Shown here: piece by piece, positions 1 through 10,058 of the stretch | Layout of the letters: the number at the start of each line of letters is the position of its first letter | Numbering within the stretch: the first letter of the stretch is position 1 | Source of the DNA: Balneolaceae bacterium | GTDB lineage: Bacteria > Bacteroidota > Rhodothermia > Balneolales > Balneolaceae | Direction: 5' to 3' | Length of the DNA: 32,000 nt | NCBI GenBank assembly: GCA_963691715.1 | Contig: OY829281.1 | Coordinates: 426,286-458,285, forward strand | Notes under the pieces: generated by a model | Told to the model about the DNA's origin: nothing | What the model saw: the letters and a program-made list of their open reading frames with translations, nothing else | Database searches by the model: none | Position numbers and translations under genes: made by a program

Positions 1-1
1 A

Positions 2-505
2 TTAGGTATTGTTTTTTGGATGAGTAAAAACATTGCAACAATAAGCTCTAACATGGCAATAGGTTTATTCATGCTTTACTCCGCTCTTAATGGGCTAACC
101 TTATCGATATTACTGTTAGTTTACACTGCATCTTCGATTGCTTCTACTTTTTTTATTACTGCAGGAACCTTTGGAGCTATGAGCATATATGGCTATTTCA
201 CAAAAAAAGATTTAACAAGCTGGGGAAATTTATTATTTATGGCATTGATTGGTTTAATAATTGCCAGTGTAATAAATATTTTTTTGGCAAGCTCTACTAT
301 GTATTGGATTATAACTTATGCAGGGGTTCTAATTTTTGTTGGATTAACAGCCTACGATACTCAAAAAATAAAAAATATGAGCTTACAGTTAGATGCAGAA
401 TCCGAAGAAGGTAGAAAAGGGGCAATAATGGGAGCTCTCGCACTATACTTAGACTTTATCAATTTATTTATAATGTTACTTCGGATTTTTGGAGATCGAC
501 GTTAA
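2..505 (+). CDS. BAX inhibitor-1/YccA (BI-1) family inner-membrane protein, 5'-truncated by window edge
   Basis: The frame is open from nt 2 (LGIVFW precedes the ATG at 20), so the ATG at 20 is probably internal. The product is a series of hydrophobic helices with the family-typical GLTAYDTQKIK segment and a basic C-terminal tail. About 160 aa are visible, against roughly 220-240 aa typical for the family. Confidence 0.75.
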   Translation, partial: LGIVFWMSKNIATISSNMAIGLFMLYSALNGLTLSILLLVYTASSIASTFFITAGTFGAMSIYGYFTKKDLTSWGNLLFMALIGLIIASVINIFLASSTMYWIITYAGVLIFVGLTAYDTQKIKNMSLQLDAESEEGRKGAIMGALALYLDFINLFIMLLRIFGDRR

Positions 506-702
506 TGAGTTCTTGAGCTTATTATTTTTTTGATTTGAATTTTGGGTGTTTATAAATTTTAGATTTTGCCGATAATCTATCCTATCAACAAGCACCACAA
601 GAGTTTAAAGAAATTTAACATGGTGTAACAAAAAATTAATGTATATAGAAGTATAGCGTATTGTATATGCTTCTATAAAATTCAAATTAACAAAGGAGTA
701 AT

Positions 703-3063
703 ATGAAACAGTCGGTATTAGTATTCATATTTATGTTAATCACAGGGGTAAATGTTTATGCTCAATTGGGCACACCTAATGTTGAAGAGGTATATGGTGG
801 TAGAATCCTTGGAATAACTGGATATGAAATAAATCCAGATTCTGTTAGGATTTTCATATCAACCGAAAGTGCAAATTCACTTTTTTATACAGATGTACTT
901 TCTAATTCAGCTACACCAAATGCAAACAATTTTTCTTCCATATCTGCTGTTGATGCAGACGATAATTATGGATCTGAAATTCAAAATATTGTAGCACATA
1001 CCTCATCTGGATATTTATTTTTTGCGCACAATACAGAAGGGTTGCTAAAAGTTGATGTACCTAGTACAGAACCCATTCAGGTTTCAGCGGGCTTTATTAA
1101 CGATATGATGTTCAAGGGTGATACTCTAATTTTTCTGAACGCAAATCAAATCTTTTTATCAACGGTGGATGCTTCTGCTAATGTAACATCCTTGGTTAGT
1201 AATGTAGATCCTATTATTTCTCCCGGAATTCAAAAATTAGCATTACACCCATTTAATAAATCGTTGTATGTGTTTATTGAAGGCAATAACCCAGAATTAA
1301 AAAAATCAGATGATTCACTTTCAGAAATAACAACAGGATCTACGTTTTCTAGTATTTCAACATCTGGTTTATCTAATTCAGTTCGTTGGAAAACTATGGC
1401 TATAGCTCCAAGTGGCCGTATTTTTTTATTCGGTGATGATAATATGGACAAATATGTGGCGTATACAGATGATGAAATAACTTGGATATCAGCAAGTATA
1501 GCTAGCGGAGTTTCTGCAAATAATGTTGCTTTTCATGGTGATTCTACATCTTATAGTGTATACCATTCTAAGTTGTATAATCATAATAATGGGGAGGGAA
1601 GTTGGAGTGAATTTGGTAATAGTTCACAGGATTCCGCCCCGAATGATGGTGCTGTATATGCAGATCCTCTAAATAATAACATGGTGTATATGACTACTGA
1701 CCAGGGAATTGGATTAACAATTGATGGTGGTTCTTCTTTATTTAGTATAGACAATGGAGTAGAAGCAGTTCAAGTTCAGGATTTTGACATGACTGAATCT
1801 AAAGATGAAGGCTGGATGGCCTCTAAATCTGGTGTTAGAAAAGTAAGTAATTTTTTAACCTCACCTACTTGGACAGGATCTATCTTTCCTCAAGGTGATG
1901 GGTCACCATATTTTTCTATAGAAATTGATCCTAGTGATTCAACCTATGTATATGCTGGAAATGTACGTATATATAGAACAACCAATGATGGTACAAATTG
2001 GGATCGAATCTTTACACCAGAGGATGCTCCCTATAACCTACCAAGTGTTGGAACAAAAGCTCGGGCTATTGAGGTAAGTCCATTTGACTCTAGTTATATT
2101 TTCGCAGCATTCGAAGTTCAAGATAGTTTAAAGGGAGGTCTTTTTGTTAGTGAAGACAGAGGTGCTAATTGGTCTCAAATTTTACTTGAAGCTTCTATTG
2201 AAGGTGAGGATGTTGATGTGACAGACATTGTGTTTACCATAGAAGCTGGAACAGATACTGTGGCTTATGTTAGTGTAATATATGATTTAGATTTTCCACA
2301 AGGAAGAAGTATTTATAAAATTACTCGTACATCAGGTGCTTCACCAAGTTGGAATGTAGAACAAGATATGAATTCTTCAACTACCAGTACTGGATCAGCA
2401 ATAGTAGCATCGATCTGGGATCTAGAACTAACAGAATCTGGCGATACAGTTATAGCTATTGGAACCGATGCGGGAATAAATCATCCTATTTCTTACTACA
2501 AGGCATTAAATAGTGATGCGGTATGGACTCCAATTACAACATCTGGATTCCCATTTGAAGAAGGTAAATTAGCACGCGCAGCATCTATTGGTGAAGACAC
2601 CTTATTTGTAGGTGTTGATAATGAAGTTTATTATCACATACTAGGAGAAAGTACTTGGGAACTAGGACACTCATATCCTGTAGGAACTGAAATTAATGTG
2701 CTATTTTATGATGAGTTATTAGTTGGTACTGGCATAGGGCTATTTTCTCATTTTAATACAGGTACTGAAGTAAGTCTAGAAAACAATATTAGTATTCCGA
2801 TCGACTTTGTATTGCAACAGAATTATCCAAACCCATTTAACCCAAGTACAAATATTTCATTCGAAATACCTACACAAACTCAGGTTAAACTTGAAGTATT
2901 TAATTTATTAGGTCAAAAAGTAGCTGAATTAGTAAATCAACCACTATCTGCTGGGATTTATAATTTTAATTTCGATGCTACTGGCTTTTCAAGTGGGATA
3001 TATATATATCGCCTAGATACCGGTTCTACTTCAATAACGAAAAAAATGTTATTAGTAAAATAA
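703..3063 (+). CDS. Secreted BNR/Asp-box beta-propeller (sortilin/Ycf48-like) protein with T9SS C-terminal sorting domain
   Basis: N-terminal signal peptide (MKQSVLVFIFMLITGVNVYAQ). Asp-box-like SxDxGxxW motifs (TTNDGTNWDRI, SEDRGANWSQI). C-terminus QQNYPNPFNPSTNISFEIP...GIYIYRLDTG...KKMLLVK matches the type-A Por/T9SS CTD pattern. AAAGGAG lies 5-11 nt upstream of the ATG. Confidence 0.7.
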   Translation: MKQSVLVFIFMLITGVNVYAQLGTPNVEEVYGGRILGITGYEINPDSVRIFISTESANSLFYTDVLSNSATPNANNFSSISAVDADDNYGSEIQNIVAHTSSGYLFFAHNTEGLLKVDVPSTEPIQVSAGFINDMMFKGDTLIFLNANQIFLSTVDASANVTSLVSNVDPIISPGIQKLALHPFNKSLYVFIEGNNPELKKSDDSLSEITTGSTFSSISTSGLSNSVRWKTMAIAPSGRIFLFGDDNMDKYVAYTDDEITWISASIASGVSANNVAFHGDSTSYSVYHSKLYNHNNGEGSWSEFGNSSQDSAPNDGAVYADPLNNNMVYMTTDQGIGLTIDGGSSLFSIDNGVEAVQVQDFDMTESKDEGWMASKSGVRKVSNFLTSPTWTGSIFPQGDGSPYFSIEIDPSDSTYVYAGNVRIYRTTNDGTNWDRIFTPEDAPYNLPSVGTKARAIEVSPFDSSYIFAAFEVQDSLKGGLFVSEDRGANWSQILLEASIEGEDVDVTDIVFTIEAGTDTVAYVSVIYDLDFPQGRSIYKITRTSGASPSWNVEQDMNSSTTSTGSAIVASIWDLELTESGDTVIAIGTDAGINHPISYYKALNSDAVWTPITTSGFPFEEGKLARAASIGEDTLFVGVDNEVYYHILGESTWELGHSYPVGTEINVLFYDELLVGTGIGLFSHFNTGTEVSLENNISIPIDFVLQQNYPNPFNPSTNISFEIPTQTQVKLEVFNLLGQKVAELVNQPLSAGIYNFNFDATGFSSGIYIYRLDTGSTSITKKMLLVK

Positions 3064-3101
3064 TAAGGTCATTTTTACTCTTTTTATTTTCTGCATAACG
3101 T

Positions 3102-3150
3102 ATTCATTCTAAATATTAAATCGATATTTAGAATGAATCAATTATTTTTC
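3102..3150. terminator. Perfect 15-bp hairpin between convergent genes (putative bidirectional intrinsic terminator)
   Basis: ATTCATTCTAAATAT (3102-3116) pairs perfectly with ATATTTAGAATGAAT (3124-3138) around a 7-nt loop and is followed by the T-rich caattattttt. It sits between the stop of the + strand gene (3063) and the stop of the - strand gene (3255). The stem is AT-rich, so its strength is uncertain. Confidence 0.45.
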
Positions 3151-3254
3151 ATTGTTAAATAAACAACCTCATCAATATGTTTATAGAGTAAAACTTGGAT
3201 TATTACAAATAACCATAAGGAATGATCTTATTATTTTTTTAACAATAAGAAAGG

Positions 3255-4427
3255 TTAAAAAAATTTCGAAAGTAGTCCTTTAAATTCATCAAAATTAATA
3301 TCAATAGGGTATGCAGCTTTTGATAATAAGCTAATAACTTTTAATGCGCAGCCCCAACTTAACGTTACTCCAGAGCCTCCATGTCCAAAATTATTGATTA
3401 TTAGTTTACTTCCCATTTCAACAGAGTCTAATCGAAGGCCTTCTTCAATATTTCCCATAAATCTATATCCAATTTTTGGTAATAATCTATGGTGCTCATT
3501 CAATGTATAACCAAATGAATGCTTAATGATTCGTTCATTAAGAGTCATGATTTGTTCAGGTATTGGTAAGCCATCTATGTTTAATTTTGGGTCTATTACA
3601 TTTTCTCCTTCCCATTGCCCATTTTCATTGATTGTGCCTTTTTGTCTGCTACCTCCAAAAATCCACCGGTCGTTACGTTGATAAAAATATACATCTTGTT
3701 CAGTGCCTGATTCAGAAGCATAAGTTTCTATACCTGGGGTGAAATTATAGGATATTTTTTTGTTTTCTTCATTTCTAAGGATGGGCATATTGGGAATGTG
3801 AACTAAATGACCACGATAAATGATAGGTAAAAAGGGGGCTCCTAAAAGTTGACCTCCATATATTTCTGCACAATTAATAATACAATCTGCATCTAATTCC
3901 TGAATAGAATCTTTAGTTAGTTCTCTTTGATTAATTTGTCCTCCCAAATTTTGAAATAATTCATAAAGAGCAGAAAAATACACCCCCCAATCTGAAAAAA
4001 GGCAGTCAAATTGCCAGCCAAATGATGAATCCAATTCTGGATGAAATGGATGAATTAATGACTGGGATTTATTCAATAATTCAAAGCTTGAGTAACATTT
4101 TGCATAGTATGGTATATCTTGTTTTGTCGAAAAGAATTCAAAATGTTTATGCATTTCAATACCACTAAAGTTTCTTTCATAGAGTAATTCAAAAATAGAG
4201 GCGCTATTCGAAAATAAATCAATAATATTCGGATACGAAACTGCATGAGGAATAATTGAAGCTGCAGGAAAATGGCTCGAAAAAGTTGATCTCGGTTTAT
4301 CTTTAAATGGGTGTCTTTTAGTGATGATTTGAACATTATATCCAATAATTTGTAAAGCAACTGCAGTAGTTACACCCGAAACTCCTGCCCCAATGATTAT
4401 AATTTTATTTGATTTGGTTGAAATCAT
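3255..4427 (-). CDS. FAD-dependent oxidoreductase, D-amino-acid oxidase (DAO)-like
   Basis: N-terminal Rossmann dinucleotide motif KIIIIGAGVSGVTTAVAL. C-terminal HGGSGVTLSWGCA resembles the DAAO/DAO-family signature. Length of 390 aa fits the family. Confidence 0.65.
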   Translation of the reverse strand: MISTKSNKIIIIGAGVSGVTTAVALQIIGYNVQIITKRHPFKDKPRSTFSSHFPAASIIPHAVSYPNIIDLFSNSASIFELLYERNFSGIEMHKHFEFFSTKQDIPYYAKCYSSFELLNKSQSLIHPFHPELDSSFGWQFDCLFSDWGVYFSALYELFQNLGGQINQRELTKDSIQELDADCIINCAEIYGGQLLGAPFLPIIYRGHLVHIPNMPILRNEENKKISYNFTPGIETYASESGTEQDVYFYQRNDRWIFGGSRQKGTINENGQWEGENVIDPKLNIDGLPIPEQIMTLNERIIKHSFGYTLNEHHRLLPKIGYRFMGNIEEGLRLDSVEMGSKLIINNFGHGGSGVTLSWGCALKVISLLSKAAYPIDINFDEFKGLLSKFF

Positions 4428-4985
4428 TGTATGGGATAAATTTTATTATCAAAAATTAAGCATCTGGAAAGTATAAAGTTTTCTGGAGTTCGATATCTAT
4501 TCTTTGTGAAGTAAAATAGAAACACATGAATTATTACTACAAGAATAAATTCTTCTCATCATGATTTAGTGCAATACACTTTAATTTTAGTGATTATTTT
4601 ATATTTGATTTTTCATAATGTTTAGGGTTTTAATAGGTAATTTTTGCCATCTTTTTTTTGTATATTTCGCGTGAACTAGTTCAGGCAAGAGTATTCATTG
4701 ATGCAAAGGAAATAATCAATAATGATTCAATATTAGAGCAGCTTAAATATTAGTTGATCTAAACATTTTTAAAGTGTTGATAATACATTGAAGACGCCGA
4801 TAAATAATTAAATAAAAATTAATTACGGTTGAAAATAACATTTTGAAGAAATATTATTATCGAATTGCACTATACATTAACTGATTTAATAAAATAAAAC
4901 TAAAGAATGTTCGTACTGTTTAATCGAAATATATCATTGACTAAATAATCAAGAGCATTTTATAATAATACATTGAGATAAGGTT

Positions 4986-5357
4986 TTGACACATCCAGAA
5001 GAAAAAAAAAGAGTTCTTATCGTTGAAGATGATATGATCATCTCTCTTGTTATAGAGAATATGGTGAAAGAGTTGGGGCATGACGTTGTGGGAAAAGCTA
5101 CCACTGGGGACGAGGCAATTAAATTAGCAGTTACTCACTCACCGGATCTATTATTGATGGATATTCGCTTGAAAGGAGAAATGGATGGTATTGAAGCAGT
5201 AACTGAGATCAAACAAAAAATTGAAACTTCGGTTATTTATTTAACAGGTAATTCAGATAGGGTAAATTACGAGAGAGCCCGTGAAACTGAGTTTATAGAT
5301 CTGATTACAAAACCATTTACTATTTCTGATCTCACTCGATCTCTTAATTTAGTATAA
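4986..5357 (+). CDS. Single-domain response regulator (CheY-like receiver), TTG start
   Basis: VLIVEDD acidic pocket, phospho-acceptor context DLLLMDIRL, conserved YLTG (Thr) and ITKPF (Lys). At 123 aa it has no output domain. Confidence 0.85.
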   Translation: MTHPEEKKRVLIVEDDMIISLVIENMVKELGHDVVGKATTGDEAIKLAVTHSPDLLLMDIRLKGEMDGIEAVTEIKQKIETSVIYLTGNSDRVNYERARETEFIDLITKPFTISDLTRSLNLV

Positions 5358-5430
5358 AAAAGTTAACTCAAATCTTTGCATCTTTCCTTATATCCTTCCG
5401 TAGAGCAGACCTGCAATTAATAGAGCGATT

Positions 5431-6150
5431 ATGAGTACAAAGTTCAATAATTTAAAAAATGATCTACAAGATCTTGAACAAAATAATAGGGATGATATCA
5501 TAGGTAATACTACTCAGTCATCAAGCGGGAATGGTAAAATTGCTAATTACATATTGTTTTTTGCTTTCATTGCCATGTTTGTTTTTTTTATAGGTAATCG
5601 ATTAAGCGATTTTGATAATTTTCTAACACCTTTTGATGAAATAACAGAAGAGTTTTCTGATGTTGTAGACTCATTTAATTCATATGATCCTGAATTACTT
5701 GAAGGTATGCGAGAATGGATGGATGATCTAGGCTATGGTATGTTAACGAATGAAGAACTTTCTGAATTAAGAGACGAAGGAGTAACAGCTACTCAGACCC
5801 AAGCTTTTCATGATATTGGATATCAACCAACATTAGATCAATTAGTGGAATTAGGGCGAGCAGATGTAAGCTCAACGTATGCTAGTATGATGCAAGAACT
5901 TGGGTATGATCTATCCATTGATCAACTTGCAGAGACCAGACGTAGTGGTGTCACAGCTTATTTTACAAGCAAAATGATGGATTTAGGCTATTCCTCACAA
6001 GATTTAACTGTGAAAGAATTAATCGCAATGGCAAATGTAGGAGTGACTCATGAAATGGCTGAAGAATTAATAAATAATAGAATCACCGAAGAACGTGGAA
6101 CACTACCTTCAATCCAAGAGCTTAAACGCTACGCAATTAGTAATCAATAA
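5431..6150 (+). CDS. Membrane-anchored protein with four tandem ~33-aa LGY...L...GV(T/S) helical repeats
   Basis: One TM segment (IANYILFFAFIAMFVFFIG), followed by four repeat units: DDLGYGMLTNEELSELRDEGVTAT, HDIGYQPTLDQLVELGRADVSST, QELGYDLSIDQLAETRRSGVTAY and MDLGYSSQDLTVKELIAMANVGVTHE. Function unknown. Confidence 0.6.
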   Translation: MSTKFNNLKNDLQDLEQNNRDDIIGNTTQSSSGNGKIANYILFFAFIAMFVFFIGNRLSDFDNFLTPFDEITEEFSDVVDSFNSYDPELLEGMREWMDDLGYGMLTNEELSELRDEGVTATQTQAFHDIGYQPTLDQLVELGRADVSSTYASMMQELGYDLSIDQLAETRRSGVTAYFTSKMMDLGYSSQDLTVKELIAMANVGVTHEMAEELINNRITEERGTLPSIQELKRYAISNQ

Positions 6151-6253
6151 AAGCCCTTCCATTAAAAAGTAGGTTTAAGTCCCATATTTTTTACCGATTA
6201 TATTAGTCATTTGGTAATTTATAAGACTATCAAAAAAATACACGCTATACAAC

Positions 6254-7177
6254 ATGGCAGATATCGAATTACCAGAAGTTGAACTAAATATTTATTCTCC
6301 AAAACAACCTGCAGAGGCAACTATTGTAGAAAATTATGTTTGTACTGCAGAAAACAGTCCAAATATTATTCGACATATAACCTTTGATCTCTCAGGAACA
6401 GACCTTGTAGGGAAATTTAAAACCGGCCAATCGATTGGTATTTTACCTCCTGGTTTAAATGAAAAAGGTAGGCCGCATAAACTTAGACTTTATTCTGTTT
6501 CTTCACCATCAAAAGGTGAAAAAGGAAATTCACAGTTGGTTTCTACCACCGTAAAACGCGCCAACGAAGAAGTAGATGGTGTATTTTATCAAGGGTTATG
6601 TTCAAATTATCTTTCTAATTTAAAGCCAGGTGATAAAGTAAAGGTAACTGGACCAAGCGGTAGAAGATATTTACTTCCAACCAATGCTTTAGAGTATAAT
6701 TACGTGTTTTTTGCAACAGGAACGGGTATAGCTCCTTTTAGAGGAATGATAATGGAGTTATTTGAAAAAGGAATGGCAAATCAAGTTGCATTAGTTTTTG
6801 GATGCCCCTACCGTACTGATATTATCTATCCAGCATATTTCTCTGAGATGGAAAGTGAGTATGAAAATTTTCATTATATAAAAATGATATCTCGGGAGGA
6901 TCGTCGAGATGATGGTAGTAAATATTATGTGCAAACGGCCATTGATGATCGATCCGATATTTTATCACCTATTCTTTCAAAACAAAATACCCTTATTTAT
7001 CTGTGTGGTATGAAGGGAATGGAGACAGGTATTTATAAAAATTTAGCCACCAAAGGTTTTATGGATTATCTAGTATTGAAGGGTGATTTATCAGATAAAG
7101 ATCCAAATAGTTGGAGTTGGGAAGAATTAAAAAAAATGGTTAAGCCTTCAGATAGAACATTTGAAGAAGTTTATTAG
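6254..7177 (+). CDS. Plant-type ferredoxin--NADP(+) reductase
   Basis: RLYSVSS (FAD-binding RLYSIAS-type motif), GTGIAPFRG (NADP-binding), YLCGMKGM, and a C-terminal aromatic residue (..FEEVY), all typical of plant/cyanobacterial-type FNR. Confidence 0.85.
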   Translation: MADIELPEVELNIYSPKQPAEATIVENYVCTAENSPNIIRHITFDLSGTDLVGKFKTGQSIGILPPGLNEKGRPHKLRLYSVSSPSKGEKGNSQLVSTTVKRANEEVDGVFYQGLCSNYLSNLKPGDKVKVTGPSGRRYLLPTNALEYNYVFFATGTGIAPFRGMIMELFEKGMANQVALVFGCPYRTDIIYPAYFSEMESEYENFHYIKMISREDRRDDGSKYYVQTAIDDRSDILSPILSKQNTLIYLCGMKGMETGIYKNLATKGFMDYLVLKGDLSDKDPNSWSWEELKKMVKPSDRTFEEVY

Positions 7178-7302
7178 TAATTATTCCTTACCATTTCTAC
7201 TGATACATAAATAGTCTAACAAATTGATTCGATAATGAGTTAGAGATGGAATTTTTTTATCTTAGTAGACCATAACTTTGATTAATCATACTCCAAAAAC
7301 TA

Positions 7303-9969
7303 ATGTCCTTTAAGACTTCCAATCAAATAAGAAACGAATTTTTAGAATTTTTTGCAGATAAAGGCCATGCAATTGTTAAGAGTGCTCCAGTAGTCCCAAA
7401 AGATGACCCAACTCTGTTGTTTACAAATGCGGGAATGAACCAATTTAAACCATTATTTCTTGGTGAAGAAAATCAATTAAAGCATAACGGAAAGAAATGG
7501 AAGCGCGCCGCTGATACTCAAAAGTGTATTCGTGTAAGTGGTAAACATAACGATTTAGAAGAAGTGGGACACGATACCTATCATCATACGTTATTCGAGA
7601 TGTTGGGGAATTGGTCTTTTGGCGATTATTTCAAAAAAGAAGCAATTGCTTGGGCATGGGAATTATTGGTTGATACTTGGGGAATGGAACCTGATCGGTT
7701 ATATGCAACTGTTTTTGCGGGGGATGATGTAGATGGTTTGCCTGCAGATGATGAAGCTGTTGATTTATGGAAATCTGAAACATCCATAAAGCATGATCAT
7801 ATTCTACAGTTTGATAAGAAAGATAATTTCTGGGAAATGGGAGAAACAGGCCCATGTGGACCATGTTCAGAGTTGCATATTGATCTTAGATCCCAAGAAG
7901 ATAGAAATGCTGTAGATGGGTCAACTTTGGTAAATATGGATGATCCAAGAGTAATAGAGATTTGGAATCTAGTATTTATACAATTCAACCGTCAAAAAGA
8001 TGGTACGCTTCAATCCTTGCCTGCCAAACACGTTGATACTGGGATGGGATTTGAACGAGTTTGTGCTGTGTTACAAGGAAAAATGTCTAATTATGATTCT
8101 GATATATTTACTCCTCTACTGAACAAAATTTCTGAGTTAGCAGGTATTCCATACGGAGTTGATGAAGAAAAAGATATTGCAATGCGTGTTATCGCAGATC
8201 ATATCCGTGCGACTTCATTCTCTATTGCTGATGGTGCTTCGCCGGGTAATGATGGACGAGGATATGTTATTCGGAGGATTCAAAGACGAGCAATTCGATA
8301 TGGGTGGGATAAACTGGGATTTAAAAAACCATTTATGTACCAGTTGGTTTCTGTATTAGCGGAGCAATTCAAGGGAGTTTTCCCAGAAATTGTAGCTCAA
8401 CAAGAATACATAACCAATGTTATTCATGCAGAAGAAAAAAGTTTTCTAAAAACCTTAGGTCAAGGTATATCCATTTTTGAAGATATGATTCAGGGTTCGG
8501 TACAGTTATCCGGAGAAGATGCTTTTAAGTTACATGATACGTACGGTTTCCCAATTGATTTAACAGAGCTAATGGCTCGCGAAAAAGGAGTGGATGTTGA
8601 TGAAGCTCGTTTTTTAGAACTTATGCAAGAACAAAAGGAACGTGCACGAGCTGCAGGTAAATTTAATATTGATCAAAGTCAGATTAATGAATGGCAGATC
8701 GTTGAACATGATGATGATCATTCTGAATTTGTTGGATATGATGACTTTGAATCGAGTTGTTCTATAAATGCATACAGAAAGGAGGGAGAACGATTTGCAT
8801 TTACCTTAAATAAAACCCCTTTTTATGCAGAAAGTGGCGGCCAAGTAGCAGATACGGGTCTGCTTACAAACGGTGAGGAGTTTATCCATGTCATTGATGT
8901 TCAGAAGGGTAACGGTTTTCATATTCATTACACCGAGCAACTGCCAAGCAATTTGGCGGGAGTTTGGACAGCAAGAATTGATCTTTCAAAGCGATTAGAA
9001 TCGCAAAAGCATCATTCTGCTACACATTTAGTGCATGCAGCTTTAAGAAATGTATTAGGTGATCATGTAGCTCAAAAGGGTTCATTAGTAAATGATCAAC
9101 ATCTAAGATTTGATTTTTCACATTATGAAGCAATGTCGGCGGAAGAGCTAGATGCTGTTGAATCAGAAGTAAATATTAAAATACAAGAAAATATCCCTCT
9201 TACTGAAGAAAGAAATGTACCGATAGAAGAAGCTAGAGAAAAAGGAGCCATGATGCTTTTTGGGGAAAAATATGGTGAAAATGTGAGGATCATCACTTTT
9301 GATGAAGACTATTCAGTAGAACTATGTGGAGGTACGCATGTGGGTGCTACTGGTGAAATTGGATATTTTAGGTTTACAGGTGAAAGCTCGGTAGCAGCCG
9401 GTATTCGTAGAATTGAAGCAGTATGTGGTAAAGCAGCAGATCACCTTTTAAGAGAAGAGAAAAACCTAATTCGTAATATCAAAGGTATTATTGGAAATCA
9501 GGAAGATCCTGTCGAGAGTATACGGAGATTGATTGATGACAAAAAAGGGGTTGAAAAAGAACTGCAAAAAATCCAAATGGCTAGCTCAAGTAATAAACTT
9601 GATGAAATTTTAACCAAAAGTACACTTATAGAAGGTATTTCTGTATCAAAAGGAGAAATACATGGAGCAGACATGCATGCGTTAAAACAACTTGGTTATG
9701 ATGCTCTGCAAAAAAGAGGTGAAAATGCAGTTGTCGTATTAGGTTCACGATTAATTGAAGACGGTAAAGTATTTCTTATGGTTGCTATTACAGACGATGT
9801 AATCCAATCCAAAAATCTAAAAGCAGGAGCTTTGGTTGGTAAATTAGGTCGTTTGGTTGGTGGGGGTGGCGGAGGCCAACCAAATCTTGCAACTGCTGGA
9901 GGAAAAAATCCAGAAAAACTTGATGATGCACTATCAATGGTTGATTCAATAATTATTGAATCAATTTGA
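7303..9969 (+). CDS. alaS: Alanine--tRNA ligase
   Basis: FTNAGMNQFKP, HHTLFEMLGNWSFGDYFK and GPCGPCSELH class-II core motifs. Editing-domain HSATHLVH and CGGTHV. C-terminal DHHA1-type GGGGGGQPNLATAGG. Length of 888 aa fits. Confidence 0.97.
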   Translation: MSFKTSNQIRNEFLEFFADKGHAIVKSAPVVPKDDPTLLFTNAGMNQFKPLFLGEENQLKHNGKKWKRAADTQKCIRVSGKHNDLEEVGHDTYHHTLFEMLGNWSFGDYFKKEAIAWAWELLVDTWGMEPDRLYATVFAGDDVDGLPADDEAVDLWKSETSIKHDHILQFDKKDNFWEMGETGPCGPCSELHIDLRSQEDRNAVDGSTLVNMDDPRVIEIWNLVFIQFNRQKDGTLQSLPAKHVDTGMGFERVCAVLQGKMSNYDSDIFTPLLNKISELAGIPYGVDEEKDIAMRVIADHIRATSFSIADGASPGNDGRGYVIRRIQRRAIRYGWDKLGFKKPFMYQLVSVLAEQFKGVFPEIVAQQEYITNVIHAEEKSFLKTLGQGISIFEDMIQGSVQLSGEDAFKLHDTYGFPIDLTELMAREKGVDVDEARFLELMQEQKERARAAGKFNIDQSQINEWQIVEHDDDHSEFVGYDDFESSCSINAYRKEGERFAFTLNKTPFYAESGGQVADTGLLTNGEEFIHVIDVQKGNGFHIHYTEQLPSNLAGVWTARIDLSKRLESQKHHSATHLVHAALRNVLGDHVAQKGSLVNDQHLRFDFSHYEAMSAEELDAVESEVNIKIQENIPLTEERNVPIEEAREKGAMMLFGEKYGENVRIITFDEDYSVELCGGTHVGATGEIGYFRFTGESSVAAGIRRIEAVCGKAADHLLREEKNLIRNIKGIIGNQEDPVESIRRLIDDKKGVEKELQKIQMASSSNKLDEILTKSTLIEGISVSKGEIHGADMHALKQLGYDALQKRGENAVVVLGSRLIEDGKVFLMVAITDDVIQSKNLKAGALVGKLGRLVGGGGGGQPNLATAGGKNPEKLDDALSMVDSIIIESI

Positions 9970-10058
9970 TGTTACTTCTCATTACAGACCACTAATTCTT
10001 ATAAAAATTTGATATATTCCCTCCCCACTTTTAAGTGGAGAGATCATAAAAAATAAAT

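Noticed and set aside
2996-3012. (TA)n microsatellite-like run GATATATATATATC
   Set aside because: It lies in frame within the T9SS C-terminal domain and simply encodes the conserved GIYIYR segment. It is too short to be meaningful.
4986-5357. Orphan CheY-like receiver as the switch input for the FliG-like rotor
   Set aside because: The idea is attractive by analogy with CheY-FliM/FliG. However, the gene is about 8 kb away on the opposite strand in a housekeeping context, and nothing in the sequence links the two. It remains speculation only.
10019-10045. Hairpin CTCCCCAC-TTTTAA-GTGGAGAG after alaS as a terminator
   Set aside because: The stem is only 8 bp with an internal mismatch and is followed by an A-rich rather than T-rich sequence. 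Support is not good enough to call a terminator or attenuator.
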